DNA of 64,000 bases from Geosiphon pyriformis uo1 (lineage: Eukaryota; Fungi; Glomeromycota): contig JAAOMT010000074.1 in the NCBI GenBank assembly GCA_016748015.1, positions 1 to 64,000 on the forward strand, written 5' to 3'. A program made the translations under genes and the position numbers. Shown here piece after piece: positions 1 to 14,000 of the stretch. The notes under the pieces are model-generated. The model saw only the letters and a program-made list of their open reading frames with translations, was not told the origin of the DNA and did not search any database. How positions within the stretch are numbered: position 1 is the stretch's first letter; each line of letters starts with the position of its first letter.

Positions 1-15
1 TATTCTAATGAGAGC

Positions 16-1752
16 ATGTATTCTGATATAAAAAGTGATTCTAATAGTAGTATTGTTGATAATGTCCTGGTCAGTAGTAGTGATAAGTCTTTTTTTGGTT
101 CAGCTGCTACTACTTCTAAGGCAAAAAGAGTTAAAAATGATTTGGTCTGTGGTTCTCCTCTTGGTTCTCTGGATTATGACATGGATGACAATGATAGTGG
201 TTTTCTCCCTCCTCCTTTTGGTATTTCTTTGGAAAAAAAGTGGTTAGATCCCAAAATAGTCAAAACTCAGGTGGAAGTTGCTGTGAAAAAATTTTTTGCT
301 CTGGATATTAATTTTTTAGCTGTGAAAGGCAAATTGGCTACAGCCAAAACTCAGGTCATCAGAAAATTATTTTCGAAAATTAATGGTTTTGGGGAGGCCA
401 CTACCCCCTCAAAATTTGAAGGGATCATCAAATCTATCTTCACCTCAGAGATCAACATGGAAAAGGCTGTATTATTGGCCAGAGAAGAGGGGATCACCAT
501 AAACACCGATCTTAAGAAACAAGGAATTTGTTCAGATCAGGCCGTAATAATAAAGGAAATTCTCATGAATACACCAAAGAGAATAATCATTGCAGCTCTT
601 TTTGAGTTTGGTCAAGTAGTGTCAATCTGATTACAACTCATTGGGTTGTGGCAAAAAGCTGTGGTGAAGTTTGCCAAATCAAGTTAAGCAGATCTGTTGG
701 CAGCTAAGTGGTCATTCTTGATCGGAAAAAATTCAGTGTGTGTGGCCAAAGCTGTGAGAGATTGTGAAACATGGGCATCAAGGAATCAGTTCAGAGCACT
801 TTTGTTTACTTTGCTTGTAGATACAACTGTGCATGATCTTGGAAATTTTTTGGAAAAGGCTGGTAGAAAGACGTGTGTCATTAATTGGTCATTAGAAAGT
901 GGCAATAGGATTCACTGTGCTGTGGTTGGCTTTGAGTCTGACGAAATGTTGGAGTCGGCTTTTTGCATGGTTCCAATTCTTGGTAAAGTGAAGCTTTCTT
1001 GGACTAGATTGGGTTTTGTTCAATGTAATAGGTATGGGAAGCTTGGTTATTTGGTTTTGGAGTGTGATGCTGAGATTGCTTTCACTCCCAAGCCTCCAAA
1101 ATCATTTATAAAGTGGGTCACTTTGGATGAGAATCGCCTCTAACTTGCTAAGTTGTACACAAAAAAGAGTGTTCCCATCTCTTGCCCAGCTGCCTTTGGT
1201 AGTAAATTGTGGGCTCAGGTTATTTCTTTTGTGTCTATGTTTTTTGGTCTTTCTGTTGGTTCTAATTTGAGTTTCTCTTCCTCTAATAGTCTGGGTTCTG
1301 GTGGTCTGCCTCCTTCTATTTTTTTGCTTAACTCTGCTTTGAATGAATGCTTGTCGTCTTTGGAACAATCTTTGGGGCTTCTGTCAGACCAAGTGTCATG
1401 TATACTAAAATGCCTAAATGGTGCCAGGTTGGTGTTTTTGGTGCCTGTTTCAAATGAAATCTCTGCTATGTCTGTCTCTTAACCTCTTGCTTTAGTTCCG
1501 TTTGTGGTTGCAAATTCAAATTCCCTTTTTGATATGGTCTTGGATAGTCCAGATAGTCTTTCTAATATCCCTTTTCCTATTGCTACTGATGATCTGGTTC
1601 TTGGCTCGAGCAGTTCTAAGGTCTTAACTTCTAAGTTGGGCAGTCTTGAATCTAAATTTGTGGCTCTGGAAGTTTTGGTAAATTCTATTTTAGTGAGGTT
1701 TGATCAGTTGTTTGCTGGCTCAGAGTTGTCATTGTCTTTTAAGTCTCAATGA
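16..1752 (+). pseudogene. LINE-A ORF1 (gag-like, degenerate CCHC knuckle), interrupted by stops
   Basis: Same-frame pieces 16-630, 697-1143, 1153-1482 and 1504-1752. Homologous to LINE-D ORF1, which retains CAQCKQFGHISVDC. Confidence 0.85.
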
Positions 1753-4700
1753 ACAGTTTGGTTTGGAAAGTTGCAATGTGTAACGTTAGGAGAATGAACA
1801 ATTCTGTAAAACAGGATGATATTATTTGTTGGCATAAAAAAATGAACAATGTGATTTCAATTGTTACTGAAACTAAGTTGAAAGGTAAGATCCATTCTTG
1901 GATCATGAGCAAGTTTGATGGCATTCAGGTTTTTACTTCTGGTTTGGATTCTGGTCACCTGGGTTCCAGGGTTGTAATCATTATGAACAATTTTTTGGCT
2001 TGGCATGTATACAAGGTTTTGGATATTTCTGACTGGCTTCTTTCTCTCAGGCTCCTTTTCAAAAATAATTTTTCTGTGTCAGTTTTGGAGCTGTATGCTG
2101 GAGCTTCTCTGGCAGTTTGTTTCTCTCAGGCAGATAATGTTAATTCTCTAATTGCAAGGGCAGTAAATGAGTCCTCTTTCATTATCTTGGGTGGCAATTT
2201 CAATAAAAATGGTTCTCACAAAAGTACAAGTTTCAAAAAGTGTTTTGATTTAGATTTGGTTAACTCCTTGAGTGGGAGCTCATATGAAAAGGAAGCTATG
2301 TGGAACAATTCTCAGAGAGTTGCCAAAACTATTGACTATGTGTTTGTGTTGTCAAATTTAGTTAATACGATTTTAGATCATGGTATGGCTGGCATTGAGG
2401 AGTTTTTCAATACTGATTATAGGGCTGTTTTTGTTTCTGTGGGTCTTGGTGGTTTGCTGGATGTGCAATTAAACTTATTGCATAAACAGGTGAATAAGGA
2501 TCATTGGAAGTACAATTTTAAAGGTGCTAATGATGCTTTATGGTCAAAGTTTAAGGATAAAATGGCGGCTAATGCTGCCATGCTCTATGATGATTTCTTG
2601 AATGCCAAAATGCATTTAGATCTAGATGTTATGTGGGATGCTGTTCGTAAGACATTGTGTTTTTTGGCAAATGTGGTTTTCAAAAAAAAATGGTTCAAGG
2701 AATATGATAGTGTTTTCACCAAAACCTCATCCAGGTTTCATAGATTGGAGTTACTAGTATCTAAATTGGTTAAAACTTCCCAGTTAATCGATCATGATGT
2801 ATTTACTTTGTTGCTGGAAACTTAGATTCTGCTTGATTCTGTTAATGCTTTGTTGGTGAAATCTCTTTTTCTTTTAGGCTCCTCTTTGAATAATATATGA
2901 TCTGTTCTTTCAAAGATCAGGAAATCTTATCATGCTTCTAAGTTGTTAAAGTCAAAATGTGCTGAGGATTTTTATATCAGGTCTGCTATCAATAAAAAGA
3001 TGGAGAGCTTTGAGTCAAACAAAGATCACACTATCAGGAGTGTCTTGGAGTGGCCTTTTTGCAAAGTCATTTTAGATCATTTGATGGTGAGTATAGAGTT
3101 GATCTTAGAGCCTGATCATGTTAAAGATAAAGTGGATGAGATAATGAAGGGTTGAATGCAGAAGTGAAGTGTAGTTTGTGATGTGTCTGAGGATTGGTCT
3201 CGTTAGTATTAGCCTCTGGAACATGTTTTTGATGGCGCCTTTTCCAATGTTATAGACTGTGTTAGTTTTGTTGAATTATTTGGTGTGGTTTCCAATCTGT
3301 CTGATGGGAAAGCTGCTGGTCTTTCGGGCATCTTCAACAAACTCTGGAAGCATTGTGACAGTTCAGCTCTTAATATGCTTTTAGTGTTTATCAATTCTTG
3401 TCTTTCTGATGAATCAATTCCTGGTGTTTGGAGGGAGGCTTAGGTTTTGATGATTCCTAAGCCTTATGAATGGAAAGGTGTGCTTATTAATATTTGTCCT
3501 ATAGCTCTAATTGAGACAGCTTGCAAGATTCTCTCCAAAATTTTTTCTGACAGGATTTCATTGGCGTGCAGCAAGTATGACATTCTTTGTGGTGACAATT
3601 TTTCAGTTTTAAAGGGTACTACGACTCAGTCCCCCATTTTTGCAGTTGGTTCAGTGATTGAGGATGCTATAGAAAAGAACCAGGAGCTCTGACTGGTTTT
3701 GCAGAACATGTGAAAGGCTTACAATTCTGTTGGTTGAGAACATCTCAGGAATAGTCTGGTTAGGATCAAAATGTGTAGCAAGTTTATCCAATTTTTTGGG
3801 GATATTCATGGTGATTGTATCAACTGGGTTATGACCAATTTTGGGTTAACAAGTGGTTATTATGTGCATGATGGCTTGGACCAAGGGGAGGTTTTCTCAC
3901 CTCTCCTTTGGCGGATATTTTATGATTCTCTTCTGTATGAAGTTAAGAGACAGAAAAGTGTATGTGGGTATAGGTTGAATTTTTATTTCGTTTCTAGGAC
4001 TGGTCATGTAGAATCTCAAGCTGGGTTAACTTTATTTCTTGCTGCTGGCGCTTTTGTGGATAATACGATCTGGATTGGTAGTAGTCAGGCAGCGACACAA
4101 CACATTTTAGATGTTGCTAACAAATTTTTCAGGCTTAATGACATTTTAATTAACAATGATAAAACCGTGGCCATTCTTATTAACTGCCGGGTTGTGAATC
4201 TCTCTCTTTTGATAAGTGGGATGCCTATATCTGTGGCCAAAAAGGGGGAACCTCATCAGTATTTGGGTATTTTTTTGTTTACTAAGGGCCTTTTTAAGTC
4301 CAGTCTTGCTAAAGCTCACTTGGATGTCAAGTTTTTTGCTAATTTTGTGTTAAAAAAGACCATCTCTAATAAACAATTTTCATATTTGGTGTCTTCAGTC
4401 CTCCACCCTATTATGAATTACAGAACTCAGTTCAGCTTTGTTCCTCCTAGTATGTGCAACAAATGGGATACTATAATTCGCAAGGATTTGAAATCAAAAT
4501 TTGGTCTGCCTTTGGATTTTTCCAATGATGTGTTGCATCACCTCTCATTGTATGGCTTGAAGACTTTTGAACAAAACCAGGCTGAACACAAAGTGGCATC
4601 TGTTGTTTGTTTTGCGAATTCAGTTGGTATTTTGGGTCGTTTGTTTGCTCACAAATCTTATGACTTGCAAGTTTTGTGTTGGCATCTGATCCATCCCTTG

Positions 4701-6175
4701 AGTTCTCCTACTCATATTGGTGTTGGTGCTTCTAATAATTTTTTGGCAGGCTTGGTTTGTATATTTCATGATTATAATTTTTCTCTGGGTGGCATCAAAG
4801 CCAATGCTTTTCGTCTTCAGAAAGAGACCCCTATGGTATCTGTTTTTGGTGAGTCTAGATTTGTCAAATGTCTTCCATCTCTTCGGCATTATGGTGTTGC
4901 TTTTGTGGACCAACTTCAGAACCGCAGTGGGGCTGCTTTTACTTGGGCAACCTTTAAACATTAAAAGCAGTTGGATCCATGTGGGCCAGTTCCTATCTGG
5001 TTTGATCTTTCAGTTTCTTTTATCAATATAGTGGTTCCCGTTTCTGGCATGTCTTCTGCTATTAATGGGGTTGCCCCTCAAAATGTCTTGGATTTGATTG
5101 ATTTTGCTAAAATTTGCGATCATCTGTTTGGTGTCAGTACTGATAGTATTTCGGTTTATACTGATAGTTTTTTGGCTGGTTTGGATACTGTTGGCATGTG
5201 GACTGGTGCTGCCATTTTTTTTTATGGTGTTGATTTGGGTTTGGGTGTTGAAGTTTCTGGTTTGGTGTCTTCTACTATGGTGGAGTTGCAGACTATTGCT
5301 CTGGCTCTTGAGTGTATTCCCCCTTCTAGTTCTGTTCATTTGTTCTCTGACAGTCAGACAGCTTTGGATGCATGCAAATTTGAGCTGGGTCTGGTGGTTC
5401 CGGACTTTCAAAATTGATGCTAGTTAGAATACTGTCACATTTACAACTTGATTCATAATAAAAATTTGAACATCTGTTGGTTTAAAGTCAAAAGACATTC
5501 TGGTGTTGTGAGTAATAAGCATGCAGATGCTCTTACTACGGCTGCTGCTATGTCTGAATATTCTCTTCCTTTGTGTGTGAATGTGTGCTATATTTTGGCA
5601 GGTGGTGTGGCTGTTTCTGAAAATTCTAGACATTTTGTTTGTGATATTTTCCATTGTATTCATTGTGTTCAATGGGAGATTGGTTCAAGTTCTAAGGTCT
5701 TGGTCACCAGTTTGCATGGCGATGTGGACTGGTATAGGTCTTTTCTTGTGTGGCATCCTGATATGCATATGGCCACTGGTTTCACTGATAAATGTTCTGC
5801 CAATGCTCGTACTTATTTCATAAAAGCTTTACATCATCGACTGCCTGTTGCTGTTTACAAGTGCCTTTATAGTAGATCTTATCCCAGTGTTTTATGCTTG
5901 TATTGTAATGAAGTTGAAGTTTCCGATCATGTTTTTTCTTGTAGTTCTGATACTGCTATCCACGCCCAGCTGTTGAATACACACGCGGCTATCTGGAGAG
6001 TACTCTCTGGTTTACCTTGGTCATTATTATGATTTATGCAGCTTATACTCTCTTGTATTTCTAATACTTTGTTGTGTTCGGCATTTTGTAAGAGCTTTAT
6101 ATTCAAACTTTGTTTTCAGGAAGTGGTTTTAATTTTCAGGGACTTGAAAATTGCTTGTCAAAGAGTGGTGGTATT
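1749..6175 (+). pseudogene. LINE-A ORF2 (endonuclease-reverse transcriptase-RNase H), interrupted
   Basis: Same-frame pieces 1749-2825, 3447-3692, 3771-4964, 4971-5417 and 5448-6032 carry the APE, RT and RNase H motifs. Confidence 0.92.
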
Positions 6176-6179
6176 TATT

Positions 6180-8150
6180 TTTAGTAATATAAAATATCTT
6201 GGTATTTTTAGTTAATTTTTTATTTTTTTTGGTTATTTTTTTTTAAAGTTAATATTTAATTGATTATTTTTTTATTATATTATTTTTTATATAAACAATA
6301 TTATTTCTAATAATTAATAAATTTTAAATAGTTTTAATTTTTGTTTATTTGTATTTTAAAACAAAAAAATATTTTATTTTAAATGTATTAAAGTATTATA
6401 TAATTTAATTATAATATTTAATTATATTTGTATATTATATAAATCAATTAATTTATTTATTATATTTAATAAGTAAGACTTAATTATTATTTAATATAAT
6501 ACAAAAAAAAGTATTTTAAATTTGATATAATTTATATTATAATAAGTAAATAGATTTTCAAAAACAAATATAAATTTTGAAAAAAAATATTTTTATTAAA
6601 TTTTTAAAGTAAAATTTAATATTTAATTAAGTTTTAAATTTTGATTTTAAAATTAAATAATTTTTTTTAAGTTAAAACTATAAGTAACTAATCACATATA
6701 AAAAATACATAAACTATAATTAATTTAAGATCAATTTACTTTATATAATAATTAATAATTTGTAAAAATATTAAAAAAAATATATATATACATATTTTTA
6801 ATTTTATAAAATAGTTTTTAAAAGTTTAATATTTTATATTACTTTTTATATTAATTAATACTATTATTAACTATTTTATGTTATTATTAATTATTATATA
6901 TTATTTTGTATTATTATATATTATTTTATATTATTGTATATTATTATATATTAATTATGCTTTTTTAAATTAATTAGTTTTTTTACTTAAATAACAATAT
7001 ATTTTTTATATATAATTAACTATTTAGACTACTTAAAACTATATTATTAACAAAAATAATACTTAAACCAAAAAATTAAACAATGTTTTTTAAAACCAAA
7101 ATGTATTTAATATATAAATAATATTATTAATAAAACAGTAATAAAATTATAAAACTTAAAAAACAAGAAATTATTTGTATTTAAAAAAATATTTTTTTAA
7201 TTTAAATATTAACTTAATATTAAATAATTAAATATTATATTTATAATTAATAATTAAACTATAAACAAAATCAGCTAAATTAAAATTTATAATATTATAA
7301 TTGTTAAAATCAACAAAGTTTTAAAATATTAATTTTTAAAATAAAATTTTTACATATAGCCAAATATAAACTTTTATTTATAATATAAAATATAAAAATA
7401 TAAGTTTTAACAATAAATTTTTAAAATATATTCTTTTTTGTAAACAAAATTTTATGAATAATATTTTTTATATATATCAAAACATAATATTATTTAATAA
7501 ATTTATAAAGTTATAAATTTTCTTAACAATAAAATTAATTTTATTAAACAATATATTTTATTATATATATAATTACAGAATATAATATATATATAAATAT
7601 ATAGACTATATTAATATTTGAAAAAGCAAAAAAATTGTAAAATAAAATATTTAAAATAAAAAATATTGTTATTATTATTATTTGTTTTTAGATAAATACC
7701 AGTTTAATATAAGTTTTTATAAAAAACAATAATTAAATTTTATTAACAATACAAAAAATACAATTAACATAAAACTAAAATTAGATTATTAAGTTAAACT
7801 AAAAATTTTTTTAATTATTTATTAAAAATATATATTTAAAAATTTAAATTTAGAAAATAAAAATAAAAAAATTATTTAAAAAGTTTATAAAAGAATTTAT
7901 TAATTTATTAATTTAATATTATTATAAAAACAATATTTTTAAACAATATAATAACTTATATTATTTATTTAAAAAAAATTAGATAATAAATTAATTATTT
8001 TTAATTAAATATAATATTTTAATAAAGTATGTTTTAAAAAAACATAAATAAAAAAAAAACTTAAAATATTAATAACAAATATATAAAAAATTATAAAATT
8101 ATAATTAATAATTATGTTTTTGGGGTTTTTATTTTATTTTATTTTATTTA
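6180..8150. other. Extremely AT-rich tract of mutated TE relics
   Basis: Almost no G/C. A LINE 3'-end/poly(A) ghost (~6680-6780) and an LTR ghost (6781-6996) remain recognisable. Confidence 0.7.
6781..6996 (-). repeat. Heavily mutated fragment of a Gypsy-2-family LTR
   Basis: 10-bp-period array (ttattatata/ttattttgta...) and a terminus 'tagttttttt acttaaataaca' matching 'cggtttttctactcaggtaaca' (54720-54741) mainly through C>T/G>A changes. Confidence 0.65.
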
Positions 8151-8159
8151 ATAAATACA

Positions 8160-10084
8160 ATCCAATCATTACCTAAAGAGATATAATCAAACAAAATTTT
8201 AAATTAAGCATAACTTATGCTTTTTTTACACATAACCAGCTACTTAAATCAATTAAAGTAATATTATACACCTAAATTGCTTTTAAAAAAACATTTTTCA
8301 AAAAGCCAAAACTTAATCTAAATAAACATAAGTGCAATTTAAAGCAAATATAGATACTTAATCTAATATTAAAACTGTAAATCATTTCAAAAGACCACAA
8401 AAATAACAAACTAAATATCAAAAAATATCAAAATTATTATGTAACAAAAAATTATGTCTCTTATAGTAAGATCTTAACTTAGTAGTTGAAAACCAAATGA
8501 TAGATCTATAACTCTTAACAAGACCATATACCAAATTAACAATTAATATACTATTATCAGATTTAACATTCAATTTATACACTATATTAATAATCTAATT
8601 TTTTAATATAAAATTTTTAACTAATAATATATACAACTTAACAGACAACTTAATCTTATACAGAGACTGTACAATTATGTTTTCTTTAACAAAAACACCC
8701 AATAACTTATTCTATTCCAGAATAGTATTGGAGAACAATTTATCCTTGGCACAGCCATTATAAATGTATAAAAATATGTGGTTAGATTTTTTTACCATAT
8801 TATATTAAATACAAATTATACTTAAATAATTCAGATTATAAAATTTTTTTTTTGGTCACAAGTAAGCAGTAGTATAGCACTTTTATAAAATAAGAATAAA
8901 ATACTGTTAATAACAAATTAGTATAGCCAAAGCAAATTTTATCATCAAGATGCCAAACACTAAAAGTTTTAACCATATTAATAATATTATTAACATTTAT
9001 ATCTATAGTATTGTTAGCACACTTGGCTTTTTAACTAACAAAATTGATCATATTAAACAAACTTTTAACAAAGCAATGAGCATTTCCAAAGACAGATCTG
9101 CTCTTAATACTAAAAAAATAGTATAATACTCAAAAAAACAAAATGAACTCAAAAACAGTAGTAGTATTAACATAAAAATCAGCATACTTATTATCAACAA
9201 CACCAAAATAACTCTTGACTTTTTTTAAGCAATTGACAATTTTTTTTTCAAAATAACCTAATAAATATATTCTTTTTTAATTCAGTATTTATTATAAAAA
9301 TCAAAACTAAAAACATTTTTTTTGAAACAGCACATATTTAATAAAATTTGGTTGTTTATAAACAAAATAACAGAGTTAAAAACAGATACACAATCTAAAG
9401 CAAAAGTAATGGCTTACAATACTACTAAGATTGAGAATAGCAAACCATATATCTTGATTCTAATACTTATATTAGCATCTGGAAAATAAGCAATAGTACT
9501 TTTATAAGCACTTACTGTATCCAAATTTTTAACAGATCTATTCATATAAACAATCATATTATTCAACTTAATACTTAACAAACATTTATTAACATAAATA
9601 ATATTATATAGATAATTAAAAAGAGTGAAACAAAAATATAATACTTTATTATTTACTAAACCATCTTTTCTAATAAACTTGATTAATAAACTAAACTAGC
9701 CAGAAATTGGGCTCTTAAAGTCCAGTTTTTTCTATCTGCAAAACATGTTCCACATAAAGCATATTTTACAGCAGTTCAGAAGCTGGTTTACAAAAATAAT
9801 AACATATCTTTTAAAAAATCTTATTATACTTACATATTTATCTAAGCTCAGCATATTCAAAATCATATTATTACTTCTAATTTAAAAGATATTAGGCAGA
9901 TTGTTATCTAAAACCAAGTTGCATAATATGAAAACACATATTACATCTACTAAAAAACAATTCATGGGATTAATTAACAATTTAAATAAAAATTGAAAAG
10001 AATACCAAGACATCCAGCTAATGGCCTGCAGATTTATAGCTCTGTACTTAAATAAACTGCCAAAGACTTCACTTGTATTGGCAA
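8160..10084 (-). mobile_element. LINE-B: 3' portion of ORF2 plus 3' UTR, truncated by the Gypsy-1 5' LTR
   Basis: Minus-strand translation from 10084 (ANTSEVFGSLFKYRAINLQAISW) aligns to LINE-A ANSVGILGRLFAHKSYDLQVLCW. LINE 3'-UTR motif near 8230-8280. Confidence 0.8.
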
Positions 10085-11023
10085 TATTATTAGTAGAATT
10101 TTAATTATTAATTAACATAAAATTATTAACATTTATTATTATTATTTCAATTATTATTTATTAGTTAATCAAATTATTAAATCTTATTATTCAATTAATA
10201 ATTTAATTTGTATAATACACAATTGTGATAATCAGATTATGTAATATTCAGAACTCTGTAATATTCAGGAATTTGCTAAAATTTGTAGAAATTTGCAAAA
10301 AATTTTAATAGCTTACTAAAATTATTTATAATTTATAGAAACAACTTGTAGTTTATCAAAATGTATCTTTAGTTTATCAAAATCATAGCAAAAAAAATAC
10401 AAGTTTATAGACTAATACTACAATAAATTGTATAAAAAAAGCTTTTTTTTCAAGAAAATATATTCTATTTTATCTAATATTAGATTTATTTATTTTAAGA
10501 ACAAATTTTTTAATACAAATTAAATAAAACCCAAATACTTAAAAAACAAATTCATTAATTAATTGCACTTGAAATTTTCCAAATTTCAACTAACATTTTA
10601 AAATTGACTAGTTACTAATTTTAGTAATTTGTTAGTAAATCTAGGCTTGAACAAAAAACGATTTTTTTAACAAAATTCTATTTTTTTTACATTTTTTTTA
10701 TTTTTTACTTATAATTATTAGAATAGTTTACAAACAAGATTCTTGTAGAAAAGTTGACTTTTACAGCAAAATAACTACATATTTTTAGGGAGTTTTTAAC
10801 AAGCAATTTTTAAAAAAGAATTAACTTTTACTATAAAGTAACTATATACAATAACTGATATGAAATTGATTATTCTACTTATAAGCCTAGCAGTTCAAAT
10901 TATAAAAGATAATTTAAAAATAAATTCAGTTATTGGAGGTTTACTAACTTTCAATAATCATAAATTAACAACAAACTAATATTAACAATATTTAAAAAAA
11001 GAGACCAAAAACTTTTGGTAATA
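10085..11023 (+). repeat. Gypsy-1 5' LTR
   Basis: Aligns to 18914-19856 and to the reverse complement of 28039-29019. The TG..CA termini have mutated to TA..TA. Confidence 0.88.
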
Positions 11024-11067
11024 TTTGGTACTTTTTTATAAATCAACATAACAACAACAACTTTAAA

Positions 11068-14000
11068 GTGGCAACCATATTTAAAACAACAACTTTAGAA
11101 TATTATCAGTTGATTTACACTTATTGTAAACAAAAATTCAACATCCAAAACAAAATTGAAATTTTTAAAAAATCACTATATTAATATATTGAGAATTATA
11201 TTAACAATTATTTTTTTGAAAATTATAATATTTTAAAAATTAGAAACAGCCTTTACAAAAATCTACTACACTATTTTTACTTGAAAACAAAAAACTTTAA
11301 CAATAAAAAACTTGACATCTACTTTTAAAAACTCAATTTTAATATTATTCAATATTGTAAAAAAAATATTCAATACAATTTAAATTTTTTTAAATATAAA
11401 ATCAGAATCTAAGAATAACAATAAGAAAAAGCAAAGACAAAAACAAAATTTAAAAACAATTTACAACACATTAAAAATAATTGTTAAACACTTGCAAATA
11501 TCTAAACAAAAAATTAATATTAGATTACCACTCTTGATCATATTATTTTCAATTTTACTTGCTTAACTACAAATATTCAATTCATCTCTTATTTAATTTT
11601 TAAGACCAAAAGACTTTACTTTACCAAAAAGCTCTATTCAACAACCAGAACCAATATTTACTAGTACTGATTTTTTTGATTATTTAGTAGAAAACCAAAA
11701 TAATCACTCTAAAAAATTAGGTAATAAAAAAATATTTCTGAATTTATTAAGAAAAAAACCACTAAAAACAAAAATACAAATAAAATAACAAACACCTATA
11801 TTGCAAAAATTACAGAATTTACAAGAAAAAATGCCAACATTAGTTTACAAAAATAGTTTAATTAAGTCACAAAAGCAAGAGATGCAAATAAATAAAATGT
11901 AGCCAGAATATTAAAAGCAATTTCTTATTTTTTTTAAAGAACAGCTGAAAAATGATTTGAAAATTTGGCTGAATTATTTGAAAATTGACAAGCATTTAAA
12001 GATGCTTTCTTGAAACAATTTACTGATAACAATACATTTATTACTCTTTAAAATTGGTTTTATAATATCAAACAAGAATTATCTAAATCTGTTATAACCT
12101 ATTTTGAGAAATTTAACAAACTTTTTTGACAAATTTAACAATTAAAAACCAACAACTACTACTTTAATGCTCAGATTTTGGACCAATTTATTGCAGGATT
12201 AAAAAACAAACTTATTAAGATTACATATTTCAGAAGATTTAACCACTGTTATTCAATATTTTAAAGCTTATAAAATAACAATAGAAAAAGCTAACTGCAC
12301 CAAACTTATGAATCTTGTAATTAGAAAAACCAGCTTAATAGCTGAAAAAAAAATTAATTAATTGATAAAAAAAGTTGAAAACTATTTTACTAATCAACAA
12401 CAATAGCAGCAACAAAAATACTAGCCACTTCAACAACAAAATCAAAACAATTACTTATTATTATCCAACAACTAATCTTAAAGTTATTATTATTGTAAAA
12501 TTTTAGGGCATTGAAAATAAGACTGCTGAAAAATACAATGAGATCAATAGCAACAAAATAATTAATGTTATTCTCAATCTTAGCAATCATACTATTAATC
12601 TTTACTACTAGCTTATTATTTTCAAAGACCACAAAATTAGAACAGTTATTATCAACCTGCTTTTCAGCAACAATATTAACAACTTCTACAGGCTTAACAA
12701 TACTCACAACTATTAGCTAAGCAATATTAAATATCTGCTTAAAGATTGGTTCAAAAAAACCAATTCACACCTTAAAATCAATTTGCAATAAATAACAACA
12801 AATTCAATCCCAACAATCAATTAGTTTTTTAAAATCCAGTTTAACAAAAACCAACATATTATTACATTTAACTTAGTTATCTTACAATATTAAAAGAATT
12901 AAATTTTCAACAAACTGTACTTTTTGAAAGTAAGATTACAGTACTAAGATAAAACTCTTCTAGCAAAATTATTCTACCAGTTCAGATTGTCCAAAATGCC
13001 AATCTTTTTAATATCTTTTTATTTAAATTTAAAGCCAATAAATTACTATTCTTACTCAATAATATAGCAGTTATAAAACAAAAAACAATTACAGCAATAT
13101 ACACTAAAGCTGAAGTTGAAGAAAAACCAATTTTATTAGACAGTAGATCTACTGAAAGTATTATTATATATCAATTAATATAACAATTTAAACAAAATGT
13201 TGATTAACCAGTTCAAACAGTTATTATTATAGCCAATAGTATGAAAAAATCTTCAGTAAAAAAATTGATAATTTCTCTTTTACAATTAATGAAATTTTTA
13301 TTCTAATTAAAATTCTTGTTATAGATGTATTTCAATATTAAGCTTTTATTGAAAATGACTAGCTTTTTAAAACCAATACAAATTTAAATTAAAAAACTAA
13401 AAAACTAAAAATTTTATATCAAGAACAATACACTAAAATATTTGCTACATATAATACTTTCAATAAATAATCTAAAAAAGCCTTTGTGTTTAAATTCAAA
13501 AAGAAAAAAAAAATGCCAATTACTAAAACTTACATGACTTTTAAATTAATGTTCAATTGGATTAAAGAAACAGAACAAAAAATTTTCAAAAAAACCAGTA
13601 AATAAAACATTGTCTACTATTTTAACTAAAACTATAAAAACAACTATCTTATATTCCACTTAAATATAAAAACTGCAACAAAAAGCTTTTATTAATAAGA
13701 GCTTACATATTTTCAGAAAAACATGTATTTGCTACTATTGTAAAGCATGCCACAAAAAATGATTTAGATATTCCAAACAAAATGAAAAATAGGATAATAT
13801 TTTTTGCCTTATTTGTAAAAAACTACTACTAAAAGAGTGCAATTAAATTAATATTGCATTAAAAAGAAAAGTCTGCAATCAAACATATTAATATGTCCTA
13901 TTAATTACAGAAAAAGTCTGCAGAGAAACTCTTTTCAATACAGCATACAATAATATTTTTAACAAATTTTATCATTATTTATATGATAGTAAGATAATCT

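Larger units (their letters stand above)
1..6175 (+). mobile_element. LINE-A: degenerate non-LTR retrotransposon (ORF1 + APE-RT-RNase H-ZnF ORF2); 5' end lies outside the window, 3' end lost into AT-rich DNA
   Basis: Collinear ORF fragments: APE (ETKLKG, IILGGNFN, TIDYVF), RT (PIALIET, QGEVFSPLLW, AFVDN, YLG), RNase H (VYTDS, ELQTI, SDSQ, KVKRHSG) and C-terminal CLYC..H..C. Many in-frame stops. Confidence 0.93.

Noticed and set aside
4620-5823. Antisense and alternative-frame ORFs overlapping LINE ORF2
   Set aside because: Shadow ORFs produced by strand compositional bias of the LINE.
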